DNA from: a virus
Virus record (IMG/VR): IMGVR_UViG_3300028666_000026
Location: 1 to 64,000 of that record
Length of the DNA: 64,000 nt
Strand: one strand, 5' to 3'
The notes beneath the pieces were generated by a model. The model searched no databases and was not told where the DNA came from. It was given only the letters and a program-made list of their open reading frames with translations. Of this stretch, positions 9,352 to 19,177 are shown one piece after another (the first letter of the stretch is position 1; every line of letters begins with the position of its first letter). Both the position numbers and the translations under genes were made by a program.

Positions 9352-9621
9352 TTAACCGACAATGAAGCAGCTAGCAAACCCAGTGCGACGATCAGTGTGA
9401 TGCTCACTTCTTCCCTCCCAGTGATAGGCTGATATTTCTTCGCGCTCCCAATTGCAGGCCTCGTCTATGTCATACGTAGAACCACCCAGCCACAGGCGTA
9501 ACTTTACCTTGTAGCGCTGCTCCGCCTCTTTGTGACGTCGCTCCGGATTTACACTACGGCCAACATACAACAACGCACCATTCTGCGCATAGCAGTGGTA
9601 GATATAGTGGACGCGCCTCAT
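9352..9621 (-). CDS. GIY-YIG family endonuclease (small)
   Basis: Internal Met start giving MRRVHYIYHCY..LLYVGRS..R..E spacing typical of GIY-YIG; stop/start overlap with upstream gene. Confidence 0.45.
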   Translation of the reverse strand: MRRVHYIYHCYAQNGALLYVGRSVNPERRHKEAEQRYKVKLRLWLGGSTYDIDEACNWEREEISAYHWEGRSEHHTDRRTGFASCFIVG

Positions 9622-10268
9622 ACCTTTCCCCTGCCCAGACGTGTACACGATACCTTCTTGGCAATGAAGCGCCCCACGCCCGGCACCTGCTTCTTCTGCT
9701 CCCAGCGCTCGACAACCGCCGCCCGGTTGATGGCCCGATTGAGCAACTCCCACTCGCCGGTCTTCTTGATGTGGGCCCAAACCTTTGGCCAGTCTTCCGG
9801 CGATACTACAGGTATAGCAGACTCCGTGATCTGCACGCGTGACGTCATGCCCTGGATACCGCTGGATTCGCCCACAGCCAGTGTGTTGATGAAGTAGTCC
9901 TCCAGCTGCTTCACGGCTGGCCCTAGAACGTCGTCGAACGGCGCGGACAGCGTTCCTAACTGCTTAGAAGCCGCTCGCAAGGCGTAGAGCATGTCCGCTA
10001 CGGCTCCGGTAGGGTAGTTCTTCGGTTCCAGCTTCGCCAACGCCTTGGTGAGCCGTTTAACCGCCGGAGCCAGCGCCTTGGAAGCCGCTTCTACTTCAGC
10101 CACAATGGATACGTCTGGTGTGCTCTTCTGCTTCTTCACTGGCACTTGATTACTCCTTCTGCTAATAGCAGAGCTACTAGGTCTCTGCTGCGCAGACGCA
10201 ACCGCGCCCACTCCAGCAACCCCAAGGCGTCGACAGCCTGCATCGGCGCACCAACGGTTTCCATGCAC
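9618..10268 (-). CDS. hypothetical protein
   Basis: 216-aa ORF. Confidence 0.4.
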   Translation of the reverse strand: MHGNRWCADAGCRRLGVAGVGAVASAQQRPSSSAISRRSNQVPVKKQKSTPDVSIVAEVEAASKALAPAVKRLTKALAKLEPKNYPTGAVADMLYALRAASKQLGTLSAPFDDVLGPAVKQLEDYFINTLAVGESSGIQGMTSRVQITESAIPVVSPEDWPKVWAHIKKTGEWELLNRAINRAAVVERWEQKKQVPGVGRFIAKKVSCTRLGRGKV

Positions 10269-10316
10269 CCTTGGCCTGTAGCATCGCGATACAGGATGAG
10301 GCGCGGCGCTACTTCG

Positions 10317-10619
10317 TTAGTCCCGGATATCAATTAGAGCCTCCGTTTCTTCGAAGAAGTGGAACACCAGCGAACCGTTGGCTAGCTGCACACTAGCAAT
10401 GTACTTGTGAAAATTGTCGGAAACAATTGGATGTCCAGTACCGGCCATGCGCAGCTTTCGGGTTACTTGTTGCTTCTGCGCTGGGTCTACAAGTGCCCAC
10501 AAGCATAGCTGCTGATTATGCTGCATGGCAATAGTCAGTATCTGCGCATCCAAGGGCAGATCTAAATCTTGCTTGTCGTCAATTGCCAGCGAGTACTTCC
10601 ACACTCTACGCTCCACCAT
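10317..10619 (-). CDS. hypothetical protein
   Basis: 100-aa ORF. Confidence 0.35.
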   Translation of the reverse strand: MVERRVWKYSLAIDDKQDLDLPLDAQILTIAMQHNQQLCLWALVDPAQKQQVTRKLRMAGTGHPIVSDNFHKYIASVQLANGSLVFHFFEETEALIDIRD

Positions 10620-10905
10620 GCCGCACCACCAATCCCAGCGCTGCGTAGTCTACGTGCGGCTTCTGCTGCGCTTGCACAGAAGTCTTCAGCAACAGCTTAG
10701 TTATGACCGCGTCCACCGCGTCCATAGCGTGCCCGGCGCTGGTCCACTGACGTTGTTGCTTGCCATTGACAATGGCGTACACACGCACGCCGTCTACCTT
10801 CGCTATCCAGCTGTGTTCCTCTGTAGACCACGACAGGACCAGGCCACAATCCTGCCACACGCCGACGAACTCCGTCGACCCGACTGCTCTCCATCGAACG
10901 ATCAC
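10606..10905 (-). CDS. hypothetical protein
   Basis: 99-aa ORF. Confidence 0.35.
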   Translation of the reverse strand: MIVRWRAVGSTEFVGVWQDCGLVLSWSTEEHSWIAKVDGVRVYAIVNGKQQRQWTSAGHAMDAVDAVITKLLLKTSVQAQQKPHVDYAALGLVVRHGGA

Positions 10906-11276
10906 TGTACTACCTCCCTTACAAATGCGCTTAGGTCACGGCTCCTTAAACGAGGCAAGGTTCATAATGGTCTCAGACGGGCACAAAGTGCCGCTGTCCA
11001 ACGCTCTGAATCCTCACTTCTATGATGTCGTCGGTCGGAGGGGCATCTAGTGCATCGCGCCGACAACGGAGCCGTGAACTAAGTGCATTTACTACTCAGT
11101 CTTTGATGTACTCAGTGATTGGAACATGAAGTTCAACAGTCAATAACTCAGCACTGTCGGGCGTAATGACAATCATCATGTGCGGGTGAAACTCTTCATT
11201 CAGCCACTTTACAAGTGGATCTGACAACTGCTTCAATTTTGCCAACTTTTCTGCTTCCATGGTAGTTCTCCAATCT

Positions 11277-11351
11277 TGGTGGACCCGCAGGGATTCGAAC
11301 CCTGGACCGAAGGATTATGAGTCCTCTGCTCTACCGCTGAGCTACAGGTCC
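11277..11351 (-). tRNA. tRNA-Met (or Ile2) anticodon CAU, CCA encoded
   Basis: Cloverleaf read by hand: acceptor GGACCUG/CGGGUCC, D GCUC/GAGC, anticodon stem GAGGA/UCCUU loop CUCAUAA, T CAGGG-UUCGAAU-CCCUG, ACCA. Confidence 0.85.
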
Positions 11352-11538
11352 TTACGCCAGTACTTCAATGCAGGTATCAGTGGGAGCGTGAAGCACGGAC
11401 TGTATGCCGCACACAACCACATTGCCTTACAGCATGACCGTCCGTCCCAGACGGCCAACAGGAGTGCAGATGAGCCGGTTAAGGCTCGTGGCATCCAAAG
11501 GCGTTTCCCATTGCATTCAAAGTACTGGCGTAAGGACC

Positions 11539-11940
11539 TCACTCTCCTATTCGTTCGTGCCACTGATGGTGCTCCATCATGGTCATCGCGGGCACCCACG
11601 CGCCGCAAGTACCGCAGGTGTGCATCATCACTGACGCGCCGCCGTTATCAACGCTGACTTCGTCAGGTACGTATGGGAATCTGTCATTCATCGCGACGTG
11701 CAGCTTTGCACGCGCTTCTTGCTCTACCTGCTCCGCCGCTTCAACTTCCTCCATGGTCAATGGTTTCTTCTTGCTCACACCTTCCTCCATACTACGTAAC
11801 ACACAATTGAGGCAGCTGCGCAGTCTACTGCGGCGGATACGTTGAGCAGTGGATGTGTAGCGCCGACAACTACGTAGGCCGCATTCAATGCTGCTAGTAC
11901 AGCGCAAACTACGACGAACGAGAGTAGTGTTATGCCTCAT
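11539..11940 (-). CDS. hypothetical protein
   Basis: 133-aa ORF. Confidence 0.35.
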   Translation of the reverse strand: MRHNTTLVRRSLRCTSSIECGLRSCRRYTSTAQRIRRSRLRSCLNCVLRSMEEGVSKKKPLTMEEVEAAEQVEQEARAKLHVAMNDRFPYVPDEVSVDNGGASVMMHTCGTCGAWVPAMTMMEHHQWHERIGE

Positions 11941-12143
11941 TCGAACTCCTCTTTGTCCAGTTCGCGCGCGGCCTTCGCTGGTGCACGGCGTACACGTTCT
12001 AACATTTTGTGCCAGTACTCCACCATATCAGCGACGGATCGCATAGTTATGTCAATAACTACTGGCAGTACAACAAAACCTAGAACCAACCAGTCCACTG
12101 TGCTCATTTGACTCACGATATCCTCCAAACTGTGCCACTTCAC
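11937..12143 (-). CDS. small membrane protein
   Basis: 68 aa, hydrophobic segment LVLGFVVLPVVI. Confidence 0.35.
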   Translation of the reverse strand: MKWHSLEDIVSQMSTVDWLVLGFVVLPVVIDITMRSVADMVEYWHKMLERVRRAPAKAARELDKEEFE

Positions 12144-13111
12144 AGCAGCTCCTTGAACCCACAGATAGGAATGCGTGGCTTATCCTTGGTTCCTGCCACT
12201 TGGTACTTGAATCGGACGGCCTTCCCGCGCTGCTTCGCCCACCACACCAGGCCTTTCTCGCGCAAAAGGTTGGTGGGCACGCTGATAGTGAACTTACCGA
12301 ATTGTTTAGAGACCAGGGTGGCGCTGCCCACGCAATGTTCGTCTACCACAATGCCGGCCTTGGCGCTACTGCGCTTACCTGCCGCCGTCTTTGCTTCGTT
12401 GACGTTGTGCTCCAGCATGTGGAAGTCGTAAATGGTGGCGAGTGCGTACTCGAATCGCTTCAACTTCACCAGGTCGAACTCGCGTAGCGTGGAGCGGTTA
12501 TCCTTCCCAGGCTTCTGTGGGTACACGCCACTAGTGCTCTTGCGCAGCATGACGCCTTCGTAGCCTTTGGCCAGGCACTTGGCTTCGAACTTCTCCAGTT
12601 GCGCAGCGGTCCTGATCAAAGTTTGCTCCACGACTCGCAAGTAGCCGTGCACGCCCTGATCCACCCATGCGCCGTTCTCTGGTATGCACTTCAGCAGGCG
12701 CGCTTCAAAATCCAAGTCATCACTTGCGAATGCGTGGCCCGTGTTAAGCGCGCAGGGTTTGAAATCAAAGAACCAAAACGCTCCGTGCTTCTCGAAGTGC
12801 TTGGCCGCTGCCTCTGATCCGTTGTTAACTCCCAGGCCCTTGTCTGTGGTGCGGTTGAACGTGTCGTCGCCGTAAGGTTTGCCAATGATCAGCTCGCCGT
12901 CCAGGCCCTCGTACTCATTGTTGTGTCCAAAGATTTCTTGCACAGCCTTGTTGCGAATGGGCAGACCCTTGCGACTGACCACCACGCCGTTCTGCACCAT
13001 GGCCCTGAATCCGTCTATCTTGGGCGAGCCGTACAGCGGGTACGGTAGCGCTGACAGGTCAGCACCGGGCTTCAGAGTTGCTGCAAGGAGTGGCTTCCAG
13101 AGTAGGGCCAC
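12140..13111 (-). CDS. ATP-dependent DNA ligase
   Basis: Motif I KIDGFR, motif III DGELI, motif IV EGVMLRK, motif V. Confidence 0.9.
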   Translation of the reverse strand: MALLWKPLLAATLKPGADLSALPYPLYGSPKIDGFRAMVQNGVVVSRKGLPIRNKAVQEIFGHNNEYEGLDGELIIGKPYGDDTFNRTTDKGLGVNNGSEAAAKHFEKHGAFWFFDFKPCALNTGHAFASDDLDFEARLLKCIPENGAWVDQGVHGYLRVVEQTLIRTAAQLEKFEAKCLAKGYEGVMLRKSTSGVYPQKPGKDNRSTLREFDLVKLKRFEYALATIYDFHMLEHNVNEAKTAAGKRSSAKAGIVVDEHCVGSATLVSKQFGKFTISVPTNLLREKGLVWWAKQRGKAVRFKYQVAGTKDKPRIPICGFKELL

Positions 13112-13112
13112 G

Positions 13113-13502
13113 CTACTTACCTCCCAGTGCCGTCAGGATACGTTCCAGTGCCCAGTACTCTGGATTTCCAAGCAATGAGACAATACTGATTAAGAAGCTA
13201 GCAGCAATGCCAAAGGTTACCGCTCCAACAAGACTCGAGAAGAACGAGCAAAAGAATGGCCATTCCTCGTCGTGACTATACTTTGGTGATCTGACATACT
13301 TGACAATGCGGTACACAACAATAAAACATACCGCTGATACCGCGCTGCTGGCCAGCGCAGCCATGATATTTTCAATGGCCTCAAACTTGGCCTGCCTCAC
13401 AAGCACGCCAAATATGTACTGAGATGTCACGCCCAGTTTAGCAGCCAACGCATCCAGTCGCTGAAGGATTTCAGGCGACAAAGTAACTTGATCTACAATC
13501 AT
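13113..13502 (-). CDS. membrane protein
   Basis: 129 aa, multiple hydrophobic helices. Confidence 0.4.
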   Translation of the reverse strand: MIVDQVTLSPEILQRLDALAAKLGVTSQYIFGVLVRQAKFEAIENIMAALASSAVSAVCFIVVYRIVKYVRSPKYSHDEEWPFFCSFFSSLVGAVTFGIAASFLISIVSLLGNPEYWALERILTALGGK

Positions 13503-14275
13503 TGTTGCTCCTTCTTAGTTTTGAACTTCATGCCGCTGCTGCTTCACCCGTCACCGTAACTTCTACATCTTCACCACGCGCTGCCGATAACGCTTGGGTG
13601 GCCCGTCGCCGTCGGCCTTCCACCTGAACTGCGTACCACGCGGGTTGCGTCGCCTGTACCCGCGCAGCGTAGCTTTGCACTGATCTTCCGGGACCGTTAT
13701 AATGTAGTCCCACTTGTCTTGACGTGGTAGCCACTGCCAGAGTGTGCGCAATTAGTTCCTACTTCCAGCACACGCCAGAAGCGTGGCTACAGTTAACAAC
13801 GTGAGTATCAACGCTGCAAATATCTTGCCAGTCTTGGTCCAGTGCGCAGCGCTAGCCCAGGCACAAAACAAAGCAGCTAGAACCATGCAAAACTCCAGGT
13901 CCGTCATCGGCGTAGTACGGCCTCAATGCGATCCAGCGTTAAGGTCAGGTCACGATGTAGGTCCCGCAACTCCGGCCCCTTCTCCGGGTGTTGCAACGTA
14001 CGTAGCACCTGGCCCAGCCTGTACAACGGCTGGCGTACCAGACTTAGCTCCACCTGAGCCTGCGCACGGACTTCCTCGCCATCTTTACCCCAGGCCATTA
14101 TGGGCCTCATTCAAGTTCCGTGTCGCAGCACGGCGTGCCGAAGCTGGGCTGGGGCAGGGACCACTGGCTGGCGCACAGCCGGGTTTGGTGTAGTGGAAAC
14201 CGCGAGCGCCGCGCGGTGCCGCTTTGGTGCTTGTCACCCAAGAAAGTATCCAGCCTGGCAGGCTCACTGCATTCT

Positions 14276-14635
14276 TCACCGCACCCTCCACTTCTGAACT
14301 TCGTAGTACTGGTTGGCGACGGCATCCTTGCCCTTCTCGCGTAGCATGAAATCGTCGGCCTTCTTGGTGTCTCTGACACCCAGCACGGCCTTCTCACCCC
14401 ACTCTGCCGGGCAGTTGTCGATTACCAGGTAGACGTAGCGCCGGACAGCCTTGACCGGGCCGCCAGCGCGGAGCTTGCGCGCAGGTCCTGGCTTGGGTCC
14501 AGGCTCGTCACCCATCTGTATGCCTACATTAGCAGCTTTGGCGCGTGCACGACTCATGCCTAGCTTACGCGCTGTTTTGGTGTGTATGTCAGGCTCATCG
14601 CCCATCTGCATGCCATACATAGTTCCCTGCATCAC
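14276..14635 (-). CDS. hypothetical protein with internal ~33-aa duplication
   Basis: MQMGDEP...ARKLG / IQMGDEPGP...ARKLR repeated. Confidence 0.4.
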   Translation of the reverse strand: MMQGTMYGMQMGDEPDIHTKTARKLGMSRARAKAANVGIQMGDEPGPKPGPARKLRAGGPVKAVRRYVYLVIDNCPAEWGEKAVLGVRDTKKADDFMLREKGKDAVANQYYEVQKWRVR

Positions 14636-15396
14636 TTACCTCCTCGGCGCGCCTTGGCCGGTGCCGCGTCTGTAATCTCTCGAGCGAAATACTCGGGCGT
14701 GTTCTGCTCAATGTACCACTTAGTCAAGCTGGGTATGTACGCTTCCTCCACTGTGTCGAACGTGTGCTTACCATTCAATATCCAGTTAGCCCAGTTAGCG
14801 TGCTGCTGGCTGAATACGCGGCAGCTCCAGTCTGGCCGCGCCCACTCCTCCGCAGTACGCCGCAGCAACTCCTCGTAGTCATCCACTATTTCTGCCGCAA
14901 GGTACTCGCGCGAAGCTGTGGCCAACAATACCATGTCCAGCAAAGAAGCCTTGGGTATGCGAGCCGCTTCCACCTGTGTCCCGGCCATGAGCGCTGTCAA
15001 CACTTGGCTACGCAACACTGGGTGTCGCTGGCAACGGAAGAATATCTCCCAAGCTGGCTCTGCCGAAGTCGTCGCTTCTGTCATCACCTCTGTCTTGACA
15101 CGTCGTCCGCCGCCGCGCTTGGGCGCTTCTGACTCTTCTACTACAGGCGGTGGCTCTTTCTTTGCCAGCAGTTCTAGGCACGATTCGTGTTTCTTGATGT
15201 CAGCCTTACTGTGCAGCCACGTGCCACACTCAGCACAAGTGACGCACATATCCAGCGGTTCATCAGTGTTGGTCTTGCCACACTCGCAAGTTGACGCTTT
15301 GCGCTTCTTCTCTGGTGGGAGAACTTCCACTTTGCCCGGTTTACGTTTCGCACCAACCTTAGTTGGCGCACGACCTTTCTTCTGCAACTTCTTCAT
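14632..15396 (-). CDS. hypothetical protein, Lys-rich N-terminus, Cys4 zinc-finger
   Basis: CECG...CVTCAECG cluster; first gene after motif copy 2. Confidence 0.5.
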   Translation of the reverse strand: MKKLQKKGRAPTKVGAKRKPGKVEVLPPEKKRKASTCECGKTNTDEPLDMCVTCAECGTWLHSKADIKKHESCLELLAKKEPPPVVEESEAPKRGGGRRVKTEVMTEATTSAEPAWEIFFRCQRHPVLRSQVLTALMAGTQVEAARIPKASLLDMVLLATASREYLAAEIVDDYEELLRRTAEEWARPDWSCRVFSQQHANWANWILNGKHTFDTVEEAYIPSLTKWYIEQNTPEYFAREITDAAPAKARRGGK

Positions 15397-15430
15397 TCCG
15401 CGCTCCTTAGATACACGGTGCCCTAGCTCT

Positions 15431-15452
15431 ATTATAAACTAGCCGGTTTAGG
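15431..15452 (-). promoter_or_regulatory. conserved early-region motif copy 2 (ATTATAAACTAGCCGGTTTAGG)
   Basis: Same motif as 982..1003; followed by GC palindrome GGCCGTGCGCGCGGCC. Confidence 0.5.
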
Positions 15453-15632
15453 CAGGCCGTGCGCGCGGCCTAGCTAGTGCGCGTGTAAGGTCCATGGAAG
15501 CGCGTCTAACTGCTCCGCTCTCGGGGCACCCAACGGTTTCCCAGCTACTGTATTCAAGCCGCAACAGTAAGTTACACTTCGCCACAAACCGCTGCGCCTC
15601 AGCCTTCGCTGCTTCTACTTCACTAGCTCTCA

Positions 15633-15902
15633 TCAGTAACCTTCCTTTATCATGCCCGGATTCGCGCGTAGCCACTCGACAGCCTCGTCTAGCGCCATAT
15701 CCCAGCCTTTGTACGGAACCCAAGGGTTGGGCACAACAGTTGCTGGGTCAGCTAAACTTTCGTCGCCTGATCCTATCCAGTACGTGCCCATTCTGATCAT
15801 GAGATGACCATCACTGATCGTCAGCTCTATCTCAGGGCCGTAAGGCGCAAATGCTCCGGGCGCTACTTCGCGCAACTTAGCTGCGAACTCTGTCAGTGTC
15901 AT
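15633..15902 (-). CDS. hypothetical protein
   Basis: Start taken at internal Met to give ATGA coupling with upstream gene. Confidence 0.35.
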   Translation of the reverse strand: MTLTEFAAKLREVAPGAFAPYGPEIELTISDGHLMIRMGTYWIGSGDESLADPATVVPNPWVPYKGWDMALDEAVEWLRANPGMIKEGY

Positions 15903-16216
15903 CGTCTCCGCCCCTCTCCGTCGCACGCCGTGCACAGCCGTATCTTGCTGCCGCCCACGCGACTACCTACTACACCTGTGCCGTCGCAGCTTTTGCACAG
16001 ACCGCTCAAGCCGCGCTGCCTGGAAATCCACACATCACGCAGCGCCTGTATTTTGATGGCTGCGTACGCGCCTACCAGCACGTACCAGTTAGGACCGGGC
16101 ACGCCGCCTGCGTTCCAGCGGTCAGGGTGCTGATCTTTGCTGAGTAAATGAAACCGCGCGCGAATAGTAGCGTCCGTGTCCAATGGACGGACTAATAGAA
16201 TGGCATACGGTGTCAC
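15899..16216 (-). CDS. DnaJ-like protein (J domain + CxxCxGxG zinc finger)
   Basis: HPD tripeptide in KDQHPDRW, J-domain-like helix pattern; CKSCDGTG ... CTACDGEG. Confidence 0.65.
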   Translation of the reverse strand: MTPYAILLVRPLDTDATIRARFHLLSKDQHPDRWNAGGVPGPNWYVLVGAYAAIKIQALRDVWISRQRGLSGLCKSCDGTGVVGSRVGGSKIRLCTACDGEGRRR

Positions 16217-16446
16217 GCGCGTAACTCCACGACGTAGTTGTCATGTTCGGTGTCAATGTAGCTCAGAAAGTGCCAGCCCATTTGGTCGGCCACCCACTCG
16301 ACTACAATGCCCAAATCACCAACATTAGTGCGCCCTGAGTCAGAACTCCACAAAGCAGCGCCTGCCTTCTTTGGCGTTATGTGTAAATGTGCTACCATGC
16401 TCACTTCCCCGCCTCCAGTTCCTGTATCATGTCGTGAATGCGCCAA
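16213..16446 (-). CDS. hypothetical protein
   Basis: 77-aa ORF. Confidence 0.3.
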   Translation of the reverse strand: MAHSRHDTGTGGGEVSMVAHLHITPKKAGAALWSSDSGRTNVGDLGIVVEWVADQMGWHFLSYIDTEHDNYVVELRA

Positions 16447-16664
16447 GCGTCGCAGCCCATTTCAGGCCACATAGGCGAATCCACCCTGGGTTTGTGCCGC
16501 CAAGGCGACAATAGAAAGTCACGACGCACAGGTGCCGGCTCATACTGAGCATCTTTGCCTGCGCACTGCGGACACAAGCGTCGTGTGGCCGCATGCAACG
16601 TGTCTAGCCTGACTTGTAGCGCCTCACTTTCTACCACGACGTACCTTCTTTCCGGTTTGCACAT
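16401..16664 (-). CDS. hypothetical protein
   Basis: 87-aa ORF. Confidence 0.3.
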   Translation of the reverse strand: MCKPERRYVVVESEALQVRLDTLHAATRRLCPQCAGKDAQYEPAPVRRDFLLSPWRHKPRVDSPMWPEMGCDAWRIHDMIQELEAGK

Positions 16665-16974
16665 CGTTGCCAGCGTATGGACTTTGCTGCTCGTAGTGAC
16701 AGAGAAATGCCGCGTTGCAGATGATGGCGTCAGTATTCTCGTCGGTCAAATTGCCACTGTCTGCGTACGCCGACAAATGCTTCTGCAGGTGATTGATCGT
16801 GGACTTGCGAAATTCCTCGCCGCCGCGCCGCCAGTTATTCTCGCCATATCTACTGGCACCAAGCTCCAGCCGCCGCGCCATGGCGTCTATCGCTGCTTGC
16901 GGTATCAGCTCGCGGCGTCCGGTTAGCTTGCTACGCGCCGCACCGCCTTCGTACTTAGCCTTCTTAGTGGTCAT
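16624..16974 (-). CDS. hypothetical protein; possible all-alpha NTP pyrophosphohydrolase-like
   Basis: RLELGASRYGENNWRRG resembles phage dATP/dGTP diphosphohydrolase N-domain; weak. Confidence 0.3.
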   Translation of the reverse strand: MTTKKAKYEGGAARSKLTGRRELIPQAAIDAMARRLELGASRYGENNWRRGGEEFRKSTINHLQKHLSAYADSGNLTDENTDAIICNAAFLCHYEQQSPYAGNDVQTGKKVRRGRK

Positions 16975-17357
16975 ACCTGATGCCCTCTTCCTGAATAGGT
17001 TTCTTCGTGTTTACGGCGGCACACACTGCGGCTGCATACGTGGACGGATTTGCCAGTGTCAATACGGCAATCAGAACAGGCCAGCGGCGTGTTGTCACCG
17101 CATATTACGCACGGCGACCACTGCGCACGATCATGCTCCATGGTACATTCGCGCTCCATGATGGCCGCGCAATGCAGTGCTTCTTGTATCTGCAGGTCAC
17201 TGCGCCTATTTTTACCAGCTACAATGCGTGCGTTGGCCCAGTATCTGATGACTTCTGGCGCACACACGTCGCGACCTAACAGGACGAATGTCATTTCGTC
17301 TGGGTTGGCTCTTGACATGCAAGAGTCTGGGTTACTCAGTTCTTCGTTCTTTCTCAT
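16971..17357 (-). CDS. hypothetical Cys-rich protein
   Basis: 128 aa, multiple CxxC. Confidence 0.35.
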   Translation of the reverse strand: MRKNEELSNPDSCMSRANPDEMTFVLLGRDVCAPEVIRYWANARIVAGKNRRSDLQIQEALHCAAIMERECTMEHDRAQWSPCVICGDNTPLACSDCRIDTGKSVHVCSRSVCRRKHEETYSGRGHQV

Positions 17358-17638
17358 TGTCCACGTATCCTGCGCCAGCGCTCTTCGCGCTCAGCTTCCA
17401 ATTTTGCACGTCGCCGTGCTTTGATTCGTTTGCCCCAGGGTGAGTATTCTACAGCCCAGATAACGAGCAGCACCAATGTGAAGATTAACGCCACCAGTAC
17501 CGCCGCAATCCACAACGGACTAAGTACCCACCACCAGGACCAAGTAATAACGTGGGTCAACTTCAACACCACAAAGGTTATGGTGAGTAGACCGATAAAG
17601 CCGACACCGCCAGACGATGACGACGAAGAATTGCTCAC
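17354..17638 (-). CDS. membrane protein
   Basis: Ser run then two TM helices, basic C-terminus. Confidence 0.4.
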   Translation of the reverse strand: MSNSSSSSSGGVGFIGLLTITFVVLKLTHVITWSWWWVLSPLWIAAVLVALIFTLVLLVIWAVEYSPWGKRIKARRRAKLEAEREERWRRIRGQ

Positions 17639-18342
17639 TTCGTACCTCCTTGCACATGAGCGCCAGAGAACATCGGGTGGTCGCCCATTGGTTGCTTGTC
17701 CATGAATGCCTTGACCTCTTCAAAACTGACAGGGCGGTACAGTGCCTGATGCGCAATTAAGCCACCTGGCCCTAAGAAAATTGGCATGCCTCCCTTTGCG
17801 CCTGGACTCAATACTTCGTATGTATTATCCACTCCCACGTCGACACTCTTTCCAAATGGCCGCAGCGCGCCGTGCGTGTGCCCAAATAAGTGCCACGCGC
17901 CGCTCTCGGCATGCAGCCATTGCCTGTTGGCGTAGTGAGACAGGAATATCTCCTGGCCTTCTACAACAATCATGTGGTGTCCCTCGCGAAACGAGGCCAG
18001 ACAATCCAGAGTGCCGTCCGGCTCGGCCAATTGTTGGTACCACAATACCGTGGCCACTTCATCATGATTGCCAGCAAGCAAATGATGCTGTCCATTCAAT
18101 CGGGCCAGACACTCCCAAACGTGATCCGCCGGGCAGCAGAACGCTGCGTCGCCCAGGTTCCACACAATGTCATCCTTGGCCACGACCGAGTTCCAGTTAT
18201 CAACAAGCATCTCGTCCATGTACAGGATTTCGGCTTTGGTGGGCTTAGTTACATCCGCTGCGAACGGTCGCCGGCAATACTTGATGATGTTCTTATGACC
18301 CAGGTGCAGGTCGCTAGTGAACCAGGTGGTCATACGGAACAC
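17635..18342 (-). CDS. calcineurin-like metallophosphoesterase
   Basis: SDLHLGH, GDAAF, GNHD, GHTH motifs in order. Confidence 0.8.
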   Translation of the reverse strand: MFRMTTWFTSDLHLGHKNIIKYCRRPFAADVTKPTKAEILYMDEMLVDNWNSVVAKDDIVWNLGDAAFCCPADHVWECLARLNGQHHLLAGNHDEVATVLWYQQLAEPDGTLDCLASFREGHHMIVVEGQEIFLSHYANRQWLHAESGAWHLFGHTHGALRPFGKSVDVGVDNTYEVLSPGAKGGMPIFLGPGGLIAHQALYRPVSFEEVKAFMDKQPMGDHPMFSGAHVQGGTK

Positions 18343-18508
18343 CCTCCTTCAATGTAAAGCACCAAGTCTACGTCGCCCAGTACCGGACCACGCGCAATCT
18401 CTATCTTGACGGCTTTCGCGTAGAAACATGCGCCGTCAGCTTTCAAACCGACCAGCACAGTTAGTGCGCCGTCTTGATCTTTCAACAATTCTCTGAGTTG
18501 TGCAACTG

Positions 18509-19012
18509 TCATGAACTTCTCCTTCTACCAATCAACACTACAGCGTCGCCCATCATGGGCAGCACACACCGGCTGACATTGTGCGTGTGTGAAGCCAACT
18601 GCTCAATGTGTGCCAGCCAATCGGCCTTACTACCTTGTCGCCCTGTGTACGGCGCAGCGTCAGGCTTTATACAGCACGGACACACGACAAATGGTCTGCT
18701 GGTGCGTGCTGCGTAAAGCACAATGTTGTCCGTGGCTTCGTCCGGGTGCATTCCCAGTACTAAAGACCAACGGCGTGGCTCGCGCCAAGTAAACTTGCCG
18801 TAATGCTGACCTGGACGGCCTTTTGCCAGTCTATGCCGCACATCGACTACGGTTACACCGTACCAACCTAGCCTGTGTAGTGCGGCCTTCAAACCACCTT
18901 TACCGCCTGCTACGTCAGCAATTTCGTTATGCCTATGCTCAGGAAATTCCGCATTTACCAAGTCGGCCATCAATGCGAATCTTCTAGGATCGCCCATAGC
19001 AAATCTCCACAA
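18509..19012 (-). CDS. putative SAM-dependent methyltransferase-like protein
   Basis: Gly-rich motif I IADVAGGKGGL followed by VTVVDV acidic beta2. Confidence 0.4.
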   Translation of the reverse strand: MWRFAMGDPRRFALMADLVNAEFPEHRHNEIADVAGGKGGLKAALHRLGWYGVTVVDVRHRLAKGRPGQHYGKFTWREPRRWSLVLGMHPDEATDNIVLYAARTSRPFVVCPCCIKPDAAPYTGRQGSKADWLAHIEQLASHTHNVSRCVLPMMGDAVVLIGRRRSS

Positions 19013-19177
19013 TGCCTCTTCGCCAACCCTGGCACCGATGGCGCGGTCCAGTAAGGGTGCCAGACTCCCTAGTCTGGATTAAGCCAGGGCTGGCGAAGAG
19101 GCACGTGCCCACTCTGCCTAGTTACCGTTCAGCAGAGTGGGCTCAGTGCCTTGTCAGTACGTGCTTAGGATCACGTA

